64,000 bases of DNA from Patescibacteria group bacterium (GTDB lineage: Bacteria; Patescibacteriota; Minisyncoccia; Phycocordibacterales; UBA9973). A program made the position numbers and the translations under genes. The notes beneath the pieces were generated by a model. It was not told the origin of the DNA, searched no databases, and saw only the letters and a program-made list of their open reading frames with translations. The DNA is taken from positions 53,480 through 117,479 of the forward strand of contig JAGWUB010000001.1 in the NCBI GenBank assembly GCA_028868715.1, in the 5' to 3' direction. Positions 18,244 to 27,033 of the stretch are shown here, piece by piece (position 1 is the stretch's first letter; every line of letters begins with the position of its first letter).

Positions 18244-19293
18244 ATGGAACAATCGCTAATTAAAAAGAATCCTCAATTTGATAACCATGAGCTAGTCTCA
18301 TTCTTTTTTGATAAAGAGACAGGTCTGCGTGGTATTATCGCCATACACTCGACTAAACTTGGCCCCGCAGTTGGGGGCACTAGATATTTTCCCTATAATT
18401 CGGATGAAGAAGCATTGGAAGATGTGCTGCGCCTTTCTCGCTCCATGTCATACAAGTGCATCTTGGCTGGAGTAAAATATGGAGGTGGAAAATGTGTGCT
18501 GATCGCTCCATCGCAAAATAAAATTAAAGCCAAAGAATATCTCGAGGCTTATGGCCGAATACTAAAAGAATATTCTACGAAATTTTTTACCGGCGAAGAT
18601 GTCGGCATGAGCCAAAACGACATAGAGATACTCGGGAAAATAACTCCAAATATTATCGGCACCAAGGCCAAAGCTGGGGACCCTTCCCCTTGGGCGGCGC
18701 TTTCCACTTACTATGCCATCCGCGGAGCGCTTAAATTTTTATACGGAGACACGTCGTTAAAAGGTAAAAAAATTATTATCAAGGGACTTGGAAAAGTTGG
18801 CATGGAGCTAGCTAGGCTCGCAAATGAAGAAGGAGCTATACTCCTCGTGTCTGATGTAGATAAAAAGCGTACTGATCAAGCGCTGAAATCTTTTAAGAAT
18901 GTATCCGTCATCGCCCCTTCTGAATTTTCTTCTCATGAGTGTGATATTTTTGCGCCTTGTGCTTTGGGTAAGGATATCACCGACTATATTGCCCAAAAAA
19001 TTGAAGTAAAAATTATCTGTGGAGCTGCCAACAATCAGCTCGTTTCCGAAAAAGAAGGCGTGACTCTCTTTAAACGGGGTGTCGTATATGTTCCAGACTA
19101 TGTAGCTAATGGCGGAGGACTAATAAATGTCGTCGCCGAACTTTCAAACGGTGGCTACAACAAAGAAAATGTTCTACAGAAATGTAAAAATATTGAGGAT
19201 GAAGTGGTCACCATCCTCAAGGAAAGCAAGGAAACAGATACCGCTCCGAGTGAAATTGCCGATAGAATTGCTAAACGTGCCCTAGAACAATAA
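18244..19293 (+). CDS. Leu/Phe/Val dehydrogenase
   Basis: IAIHST.LGPAVGGTR, MSYK, GGGK, GEDVG, GLGKVG, PCALG, GAANNQL, PDYVANGGGLI. Confidence 0.92.
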   Translation: MEQSLIKKNPQFDNHELVSFFFDKETGLRGIIAIHSTKLGPAVGGTRYFPYNSDEEALEDVLRLSRSMSYKCILAGVKYGGGKCVLIAPSQNKIKAKEYLEAYGRILKEYSTKFFTGEDVGMSQNDIEILGKITPNIIGTKAKAGDPSPWAALSTYYAIRGALKFLYGDTSLKGKKIIIKGLGKVGMELARLANEEGAILLVSDVDKKRTDQALKSFKNVSVIAPSEFSSHECDIFAPCALGKDITDYIAQKIEVKIICGAANNQLVSEKEGVTLFKRGVVYVPDYVANGGGLINVVAELSNGGYNKENVLQKCKNIEDEVVTILKESKETDTAPSEIADRIAKRALEQ

Positions 19294-19296
19294 TTT

Positions 19297-20811
19297 ATGT
19301 CCGGGAAAAGATATAAAATTAAGAATAAACATTTTATACATGAAATTGAAACCCGGAAATCTAGTTATTGGGAAAATATAAGAGATAAAAATAAACTCAA
19401 AATATTCAAAGACACGGTAGCTTCCGTGCCAGCCTACCGTTTGTTTTTAAAAAAACACTCCATTGATCCCAAAAAAATTCGCACGATAGCAGATCTAGCT
19501 CATGTGCCCGTTACAACTAAAGATTCCTATCTAAGATCTTTTTCTGTGGCTAACCTTTGTAAGAAAGGAACACTTATGCACCCCCTAGTTTTCACAGCAA
19601 CTTCTGGATCTACGGGCGAACCATACTATTTTCCTAGATTTGAAAAAATAGATAGAGAATACTCTATTTTAATTGAATACTATCTTTCCCAAAACAAAAT
19701 ATCACTGGAAGGGCCAACTCTAGTTGTCGTTTGTTTCGGTATGGGAATTTGGATTGGTGGAGTTATCACCTATCAGGCTTTCGAGGCGGCAAGTCGAGAA
19801 AGCGGATATCCAATATCAATTATCACTCCAGGAACAAACAAAGAAGAAGTTTTAAATTCTCTTGCAAAACTTGCACCAAATTTTTCACAAACTATTCTGA
19901 TTGGCTACCCACCCTTTATCAAAGACCTGATAGACGAGGCGGCAAGTAAAAAAATAAATCTTAGTAAGTTAAATATGCGTTTAATGTTTGCCGCCGAATC
20001 ATTCTCAGAAAAGTTTAGAGATTACTTGGGTAAAAAGGCAAAAATTGACAACATTTACCGTGACACATTAAATGTATATGGTAGTGCTGACATCGGTGCC
20101 ATGGCATGGGAAACAGGAGTATCAATTCTAATTAAACGGATACTTACTAAAGATAAAAAATTATATGCAGATTTTTTTCCATCGGTTTCACAAATGCCAA
20201 CAATGGCTCAATACAATCCACACTTTATAACCTTTGAGTCAGTCGATGGAAATATTATACTGTCAGCTGAAAATGCTCTGCCGCTAGTTAGATACGCTAT
20301 TGGAGATCATGGTGGAGCTATAAGTTTTAGAGAAGTAGAGAAAAAATTTAAGAAAAATGGTTATGATCTAAAAACACTTGCAAAAAAAGCTGGTATCACT
20401 TCAATCCCAGAATTACCATTCGTGTATATTTACGAGCGAAGCGATTTTTCAACAAAGTTTTATGGTGCAATTGTTTTTCCAGAATATATAAAGTCTGCAC
20501 TGGAACGAGATAAGGTTGAGAATTTAGTTACCGGAAAATTTACTATGTTCACTCGCCACGATAAAAAACATAACCAGTTTCTAGAAGTAAATGTTGAGCT
20601 CAAAAAAGGAATACATGCTGACAAAAATTTAAATAAACTAGTCCAGAATCTTGTCTTTCAAGAACTTATAGAGCGAAGTACTGAGTGTAGAAATAACGCC
20701 CAGCTTTTAGGCAAAAAAATGCTACCAAAAATTACCTTTTGGTCATATGAAGATTCTCTATATTTCAAAACTGGTATCAAGCAAAAGTGGGTGAAAAAAA
20801 CACCAAAATAG
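19297..20811 (+). CDS. Phenylacetate-CoA ligase (PaaK)-family adenylating enzyme
   Basis: ATSGSTGEP P-loop, IGYPPF, YGSAD, PLVRYAIGD, ERSD. Confidence 0.85.
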   Translation: MSGKRYKIKNKHFIHEIETRKSSYWENIRDKNKLKIFKDTVASVPAYRLFLKKHSIDPKKIRTIADLAHVPVTTKDSYLRSFSVANLCKKGTLMHPLVFTATSGSTGEPYYFPRFEKIDREYSILIEYYLSQNKISLEGPTLVVVCFGMGIWIGGVITYQAFEAASRESGYPISIITPGTNKEEVLNSLAKLAPNFSQTILIGYPPFIKDLIDEAASKKINLSKLNMRLMFAAESFSEKFRDYLGKKAKIDNIYRDTLNVYGSADIGAMAWETGVSILIKRILTKDKKLYADFFPSVSQMPTMAQYNPHFITFESVDGNIILSAENALPLVRYAIGDHGGAISFREVEKKFKKNGYDLKTLAKKAGITSIPELPFVYIYERSDFSTKFYGAIVFPEYIKSALERDKVENLVTGKFTMFTRHDKKHNQFLEVNVELKKGIHADKNLNKLVQNLVFQELIERSTECRNNAQLLGKKMLPKITFWSYEDSLYFKTGIKQKWVKKTPK

Positions 20812-20854
20812 CTGTTCCTTTGTCGTTGTAAATAAGTTATACTTATAATAGTTT

Positions 20855-22039
20855 ATGAAAGAAACTGAACAATATTTACAAGAATTTTCGGATAAAAAAA
20901 TCGGGGTTAAACCTATTTTTTTTAATCTAAAAATTGCTCAAGAAAAAGAGTCACTTAGGAAACTTTTTGATTCAAGTACAATCATCCGGGTTGCTGATGA
21001 TTATCAGGAAGAATTACTAGAACTTTTTGGTATAAATCATCCGACTGAAGTCTATCAACCAGGGTTCAAAGAATCATTTGAAAAATATTACGCAGATTTA
21101 CAAAAGGAAACTCCCCTCTCCGACCACGGAGTTTGGGTTTATTTTCCATGGAATGGAGTTTTGTCACATATTTTGGAAGAAAAAGATTTTCAAATTGTCC
21201 GAACTGCCAGAAATAGAAATCTGATTGACCAAAGAGAACAAGAAAAATTTCACGACGCTACAGTAGGCATCGCTGGGCTTTCCGTCGGCTCTAGTGTGGC
21301 CTTTGCGCTTACCTTGCAAGGGGGTCCAAAGCATATTAAGCTCGCTGATATGGATCGTCTAGCACTTACTAATACAAATAGAGTGCTTATGGGAGTAGAT
21401 CATTTAGGTTCACTGAAAGTGGAGATGGCGGCACATAAAATATATGAGATAAATCCGTATGCAGAAATTGAACTTTTCCCCGAGGGATTAAACACTGAAA
21501 ATATAAGCCTTTTTTGTGAAAATTTGGATTTAGTCATTGATGAAATAGACAACCTAGCCATAAAATACCTCTTACGCACTGAAGCAAAAAAAAGGAAAAT
21601 TGCAGTGGTAATGGGTGCCGATAATGGGGACAATGCTGTCGTTGACGTGGAGCGTTATGATCTTGACCCAGATTTGCCTTTTTTCCATGGCCGACTGGGG
21701 GAAACTTCATACGATGAGCTTTCAAAGCTTGATAAGTTTGGCATAGGCAAAACTATTACCAAGCATATTGGAGCAGAAAATGTGACCATCCGAACTCAAG
21801 AATCACTATTGGAAATGGGGAAAACCATTGTCTCTTGGCCACAGCTCGGTGGGGCAGCACTCATCAATGGAGCTGCTGTCGCCTACTGTGTACGAAAAAT
21901 TTTAAACGGTCAGTCAGTAGAGGGCAACCGCGCACTCATTTCATTGGATGAAAAACTAATTCCGGAGTATACTAGTGATGAGGAAATAAAGAAGCGAAAT
22001 AATGCTTCTACCGCATTTAAAAAAATCTTTGGATTATAA
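20855..22039 (+). CDS. ThiF-family adenylyltransferase (Rv1355c/OxzB-ThiF-like)
   Basis: WVYFPW, RTARNRNLI...EQ, VGIAGLSVG, ADMDRLALTNTNR, DVERYD, SWPQLG. Confidence 0.85.
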   Translation: MKETEQYLQEFSDKKIGVKPIFFNLKIAQEKESLRKLFDSSTIIRVADDYQEELLELFGINHPTEVYQPGFKESFEKYYADLQKETPLSDHGVWVYFPWNGVLSHILEEKDFQIVRTARNRNLIDQREQEKFHDATVGIAGLSVGSSVAFALTLQGGPKHIKLADMDRLALTNTNRVLMGVDHLGSLKVEMAAHKIYEINPYAEIELFPEGLNTENISLFCENLDLVIDEIDNLAIKYLLRTEAKKRKIAVVMGADNGDNAVVDVERYDLDPDLPFFHGRLGETSYDELSKLDKFGIGKTITKHIGAENVTIRTQESLLEMGKTIVSWPQLGGAALINGAAVAYCVRKILNGQSVEGNRALISLDEKLIPEYTSDEEIKKRNNASTAFKKIFGL

Positions 22040-22040
22040 A

Positions 22041-23111
22041 ATGGAACAAGACATAAAACAGATTATACAAGATGCAATCTATGCGCCTTCTGGTGAAAAT
22101 TGCCAACCATGGAGCTTTAGGATCTCAGGAGCAACGATCAATCTTTTTAATTTACCTGAAAGAGATCAGTCGCCGTACAATCGAGGACAATATGGTTCTT
22201 ATGTAGCGCACGGGGCTGTATTGGAAAATATTAAAATATCAGCTGAGCAATTGGGATATAGAGTAGATATTAAACTTTTTCCTGAACCTAGTAACAAAAA
22301 TCACATAGCTTTGATAAGCTTAGAAAAACTATCTACTTCTATCGAAAAACCAATTCTTTATGGAGCAATAGCTAAAAGAGTAACAAATAGAAAACCTTAC
22401 GAGGATACGTTGCTCTCCCCCTTGGAATTAGACGAGCTTGTAAAAAGTATTTCAGATAATTCAGTTAAAATTTTAATTACGCAAAAGAATTCTGATAAAA
22501 AAACTTTGGCCGAAATCGGCAGTTTAAACGAAAGCATAATGATGAGTAATGAATTTTTACACGACTTTTTTTTCTCGCATGTAACTTGGACGAAAGAAAT
22601 GGACGAACAAAAAAAGATTGGTTTTTTTGTAGATACTCTAGAGCTACCACTCCCTGCCAAGAAACTCTTTAAAATAGCTAAGAATTGGAAAATAGTTAAA
22701 TTTTTAAATAAATTTGGATTTTCAAAGGAAGTAGGTAAACAAAATGCAAAAACTTATACTTCATCGTCGGGTTTTGGAATACTTTCTATAAAAGATACAT
22801 CGCCAGAGAGTTTTATAAATGCTGGCATGGCCCTTGAGCGGATTTGGCTCACGGCAACTAATCTTGGATTAAATTTCCAACCGGTCTCTGGATTATTATT
22901 TTTAGTTTATGCAGTCAAATTAGATGGAACAGCACAATTTTCAAAAAATCAAACAGACCTTATAGATAAAGGTTATGAGACAATTAAAAAAACTTTTCAG
23001 GTTGATTCTAGCGAAAATGTAGTGTTTATGTTCAGGATTGGTCATGGAAATATAAAACCCACAGCCAGATCGTCGCGATTCAATGTTGAAGACTTTATTC
23101 AGGTAGCTTAA
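22041..23111 (+). CDS. Nitroreductase-fold (FMN) protein, Acg-like double domain
   Basis: APSGENCQPW, HGAVLENI, RVTNRKPY, AGMALERIWLTAT.LGL.FQP, MFRIG. Start moved to ATG 22041. Confidence 0.85.
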   Translation: MEQDIKQIIQDAIYAPSGENCQPWSFRISGATINLFNLPERDQSPYNRGQYGSYVAHGAVLENIKISAEQLGYRVDIKLFPEPSNKNHIALISLEKLSTSIEKPILYGAIAKRVTNRKPYEDTLLSPLELDELVKSISDNSVKILITQKNSDKKTLAEIGSLNESIMMSNEFLHDFFFSHVTWTKEMDEQKKIGFFVDTLELPLPAKKLFKIAKNWKIVKFLNKFGFSKEVGKQNAKTYTSSSGFGILSIKDTSPESFINAGMALERIWLTATNLGLNFQPVSGLLFLVYAVKLDGTAQFSKNQTDLIDKGYETIKKTFQVDSSENVVFMFRIGHGNIKPTARSSRFNVEDFIQVA

Positions 23112-23113
23112 TT

Positions 23114-24748
23114 ATGATGACAAATTTATTTTTGAATAATGCAAATTATAATATATTAATTGTCGGAATTGCAGTAGGTTCTATCTTGCTCTTAGGTTTT
23201 ACCATTTATTTTAATAACCGAGAAAGTGTTACCAATAGAGCGTTTTTTTATTACTGTTTAGCAGTTGCTTTGTGGGGTATCTCAAATTTTTTTGAATACC
23301 AATTTACAGAAAATACTATTGCTCTCTGGGCACTTCGTACCCATTTATTTATTTCTGTGTGGTATAGTTTAACTTTTTTCCGTCTTTGTTATGTATTCCC
23401 AAATAATCAGTTCAAGTTCCCGAAGTGGTATAAATATTATGTAATTCCATTTATAGTCATCACTTCCTTGGTTACCTTAACTCCCTTAGTTTTTATTAGA
23501 CTTGCTCACTTAGCAACAGTAGGACAAGTCACTCGTGCAGAAATAGGTCCAGGTATGGCCCTTTTTGGATTGGCGGCTTTTGGATTACTTATTGCTGGGC
23601 TTATTGTTTTGTCTGTTCGGGCTATGAAGGTAAAAGGCATAGAGAGAAAACAATTGTGGCTCGTTTTTTGGGGGATGCTTTTAACTGCCTGTTTAACTCT
23701 TGTTTTTAATTTGGTTCTTCCTGTTGGTTTTCAGAATGTAACCTATATACCTTTTGCTGCACTTTTTGTTTTACCATTTGTTTTCCTTGTTTCTTACACC
23801 ATATACAGACACAAGCTTTTTGATATTAAAATTATGGCTATTGCCTTCGTTGCTTTTGTACTTACAATATTTAGTCTTTCTAATGTTATTTATGCCACAG
23901 GTCCTAGCCAAATCGTATTAAATACTTCCTTCTTTTTACTTGTATTGTTGGGAAGTATTATTCTAATACAAAGCATATTGAGAGAAATAAAACAGCGTGA
24001 GCGACTTGAGATTCTAACTGGTCAATTAGAGGAAGCAAATGAAAATCTGACCGAACTTATTAAGCAAAGGGAAAGCTTGGTGCATCTTATTACCCACAAG
24101 GTGAAAGGATCATTTACGCGTTCCAAATACATTTTTGCTGGTCTACTCGATGGAACCTTTGGGGAAATATCTGCAGATGTAAAGAAATACGCAGAGCAGG
24201 GATTGGAATCAGACAACGCGGGGATAAATACAGTGGATTTGGTGTTAAATGTCGCCAATATGCAGAAAGGCGTAGTGAAATATGACATGAAAAAGATGGA
24301 TTTCAAAGATATTGTATTGAGTAGTCTATCTGAAAAAGAAGTAGCTATAACAAAAAAGGGTTTGCAGTTGGAAAAAGATATCAAAGACGGAGATTTCTCT
24401 ATTATGGGAGATACTTTTTGGCTCAAGGAAGCGGTAAATAATTTAATTGAAAATTCAATAAAATATACCAAGCAAGGAAAAATTATCGTGGGGCTTGAAA
24501 AAAATAATGACAAGATAAAACTTTCCGTCAAAGATACTGGCATAGGAATTACCGAAGAAGACAAAAAGAATCTCTTTACCGAAGGTGGACGAGGTAAAGA
24601 TTCCGTCAAGGTAAATGTGGATAGCACTGGCTATGGTCTCTACACAGTCAAACTAATCGCCGAAGCCCACAAGGGGCGTGTCTGGGCCGAATCCGCAGGT
24701 CCTGATAAAGGCTCCGCCTTCTACCTAGAACTCCCTGCTACTCAATAA
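23114..24748 (+). CDS. Sensor histidine kinase with multi-TM (7TM-like) input domain
   Basis: Multiple TM helices, H-box THKVK, N-box NLIENSIKYT, G1 DTGIG, G2 GYGLY, GSAFYLELP. Confidence 0.9.
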   Translation: MMTNLFLNNANYNILIVGIAVGSILLLGFTIYFNNRESVTNRAFFYYCLAVALWGISNFFEYQFTENTIALWALRTHLFISVWYSLTFFRLCYVFPNNQFKFPKWYKYYVIPFIVITSLVTLTPLVFIRLAHLATVGQVTRAEIGPGMALFGLAAFGLLIAGLIVLSVRAMKVKGIERKQLWLVFWGMLLTACLTLVFNLVLPVGFQNVTYIPFAALFVLPFVFLVSYTIYRHKLFDIKIMAIAFVAFVLTIFSLSNVIYATGPSQIVLNTSFFLLVLLGSIILIQSILREIKQRERLEILTGQLEEANENLTELIKQRESLVHLITHKVKGSFTRSKYIFAGLLDGTFGEISADVKKYAEQGLESDNAGINTVDLVLNVANMQKGVVKYDMKKMDFKDIVLSSLSEKEVAITKKGLQLEKDIKDGDFSIMGDTFWLKEAVNNLIENSIKYTKQGKIIVGLEKNNDKIKLSVKDTGIGITEEDKKNLFTEGGRGKDSVKVNVDSTGYGLYTVKLIAEAHKGRVWAESAGPDKGSAFYLELPATQ

Positions 24749-25321
24749 TTACTTTTCCTGAACAATAAAGTGAAATACGTGCCAATGCTTTTGTTCACCG
24801 GAAGCATCTTTACCATCTTTCTCTTCTTCGATAAATTCTAAAATTTTTAAACCAGACAATAAATCGAGTGCTTGTTTTTTTGTATGAAACGCAAGATTAG
24901 ATTTTGAATTATTCCAGCTATCTCTAGCACCAAAAAACTGCCCTACAAAAATACCTTTTGGCGCAAGTGAACCTGTGATTTTTTTTATAAAAGATTTAAA
25001 ACCCCTCTTGCCGTAAAATGGCAATGCGTACTGAGCATTTATTAAATTAAAAGTGTTTTTAGGAAAATTATATTTATGAAAGGATATATTTTTAAACTTA
25101 AACTTTTTATTTTTTAATTTTTTTGCAAATATTTTTACTTCGGGTGAACTGTCAGTCGCCAAGACATGCTTGAAACCTTTTTTAACTAGAAACTTTGATT
25201 CAATCAAGGTCCCAGCCCCTAGATCTAAAGCATTTTCTTTATTTTTACAAAAAGAAACCGCTAGAACCAATAGTTCTCTTGGCTTTCTTCCCATATGTTT
25301 TTTAAAATATTCTTCCCACAT
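24749..25321 (-). CDS. Class I SAM-dependent methyltransferase (TehB-like)
   Basis: ALDLGAG motif I, LAPKGIFVGQFFG, KHWHVFH. Confidence 0.82.
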   Translation of the reverse strand: MWEEYFKKHMGRKPRELLVLAVSFCKNKENALDLGAGTLIESKFLVKKGFKHVLATDSSPEVKIFAKKLKNKKFKFKNISFHKYNFPKNTFNLINAQYALPFYGKRGFKSFIKKITGSLAPKGIFVGQFFGARDSWNNSKSNLAFHTKKQALDLLSGLKILEFIEEEKDGKDASGEQKHWHVFHFIVQEK

Positions 25322-25409
25322 AATATAAACTATACACTAAAAAGAGAAAGGGCCGAAGTAGTTGCGTCAGCACTTTCTCCGACCCTATTGTTGTTGGTAT
25401 CTTTTGGGC

Positions 25410-25865
25410 TTACTCATCATCACCACCACCATCATCGCTACTACACATGTTGTCACATGTTGCTGCTTTGCCGACGAAACTTTCGCCGAATTCTGCGACA
25501 AATAGAGCATGGGTTTTTGCAACTTGGGGTTGCAGGTCGTCGTCCTCAAGAGCGGGTTTGTGATACAAGACTTTTCCGAAGATCTGTGTTGTATCTTGTT
25601 CATATTTTCTCATGTCGAGAATGTGAGCATGCCAAAGCTCATCAATTTGACCACTCGGCACAATGCCCAAGCCTGGATACTTGAGTGATATGAGAAGAAA
25701 TCTACGATACCACTTGTCAGCTTCGGTGGCCTCGTCGTTAGTCCAACCCATACCTCTTGGTGCCGGTTGCTGCAACCGACCAAGTACGTTATCCAGATTC
25801 ATGTTTTTAATGGCTTGAATGCCTTTCTGAACACGACCCGAATTATTTAATACATCTTTATCCAT
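25410..25865 (-). CDS. GRDP-like (glycine-rich domain-containing) protein with an acidic Cys-containing tail
   Basis: YRRFL...IVPSGQIDELWHAHILD..KY......FG..LYH.P; AGGAG SD; tail TCDNMCSSDDGGGDDE. Confidence 0.7.
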   Translation of the reverse strand: MDKDVLNNSGRVQKGIQAIKNMNLDNVLGRLQQPAPRGMGWTNDEATEADKWYRRFLLISLKYPGLGIVPSGQIDELWHAHILDMRKYEQDTTQIFGKVLYHKPALEDDDLQPQVAKTHALFVAEFGESFVGKAATCDNMCSSDDGGGDDE

Positions 25866-26071
25866 AAAGAACTCCTTTTTTCGTGCCGAATTCGCCTCGA
25901 CTATTTTGCGACTTATCCTTTTGAGATAAGTGTTTTAGGCCCTTTTTAAGGGGCACAAAACACTTGTCTCACTGGCAACCACGTTCATAGAAAAAACTAG
26001 TTACAGCGCTAGTGTAACCCGTTATTATATTAAGTCAATAGTGGAAAATTATGTATAAAAATAAGTAAATT

Positions 26072-26947
26072 CTATTTCTTAATCTGGCTAGATGCTAGGC
26101 GGAGGATTATTTCGTGGACGGCATTTTCACTATTGGTTATAACCACAGAATTATCATCGGCAAAGACATACATCATCACTATTTTGTTGTCAGTATCATA
26201 TAGAATGCGCGCATTTTTGTTTTCTACAATGCCATCTTGAAATTCTTTAGTTAAGAGATATTTTGTATCGGGTGAAAAATTGATTCCAAAAAATCCATGC
26301 AAGTCCACAAACAGCTTTGGCTCCCAAGCATGCATAGTGTCAAAAATATCAGGGATAGAACGCATTTTTAATAACATAAAAAAACTCTTGCCTGCGGAGA
26401 TGGAAGGGTTGGTTTGGTCAGCACTATTAAATGCACCCATAAAGAAATTGTCGTCTATAAAGTTATTGGTACCAGGAGTAAAATTGCCCTCTATAATGGT
26501 AATAAATTGCCTCAAGCCCACTGGACCCTTATTCAGGGTTGGGTACATTCCCTCTATTCCCCCTGGTTTTACAGTAGTGTTGTTAACTGCGTTGAAAAAC
26601 TTGGCTGAGATTGCATCTTTTTTTAAATCAGCCAGCTCCAAGAGAGAATCTTTGTCGGTAAAAATTATAGGTATAAATTGTTTTTGTACTGGAACACTTG
26701 GAGCACTTCGCTGAAAAATAAAGAAGAATAAAGTTCCTAAAGAGATAAAAGTGAGAAGCATCCCCAAAAACATAAAGAATTTATTCTTTTTTGACTGCGG
26801 AGATAGCTCTCTTTTTTCTTTTTCATGCTCCTCCTCGCCGTGAATTATTTTTTTTATTAATCCACCTTTGTCCTCCTCCAAAACATGAGCCATGTCTTCG
26901 GCATAAGTTTGCACTATCTTATTTTGGGGTATGTTGTTATTTTCCAT
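26072..26947 (-). CDS. Hypothetical single-TM membrane protein
   Basis: One TM (FFMFLGMLLTFISLGTLFFFIF). The probable start is MENNN at 26947; the upstream MDALAHPISNG derives from the palindromic element. Confidence 0.7.
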   Translation of the reverse strand: MENNNIPQNKIVQTYAEDMAHVLEEDKGGLIKKIIHGEEEHEKEKRELSPQSKKNKFFMFLGMLLTFISLGTLFFFIFQRSAPSVPVQKQFIPIIFTDKDSLLELADLKKDAISAKFFNAVNNTTVKPGGIEGMYPTLNKGPVGLRQFITIIEGNFTPGTNNFIDDNFFMGAFNSADQTNPSISAGKSFFMLLKMRSIPDIFDTMHAWEPKLFVDLHGFFGINFSPDTKYLLTKEFQDGIVENKNARILYDTDNKIVMMYVFADDNSVVITNSENAVHEIILRLASSQIKK

Positions 26948-27030
26948 CCCGTTAGAGATAGGATGCGCTAGCGCATCCATAGTTATTTATATTTATAATT
27001 AATTTTAACATGATTGATCTCTAACGGGAT
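26946..27030. repeat. Palindromic element with ATCCCGTTAGAGAT/ATCTCTAACGGGAT inverted repeats (copy 2)
   Basis: Inverted repeats at 26946-26959 and 27017-27030. The interior holds the palindrome GGATGCGCTAGCGCATCC and an AT-rich segment. Confidence 0.85.
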
Positions 27031-27033
27031 CCA

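Noticed and set aside
25295-25684. Plus-strand ORF with a poly-His run
   Set aside because: It is the antisense shadow of the Asp/Gly codons of the real minus-strand gene 25410-25865.
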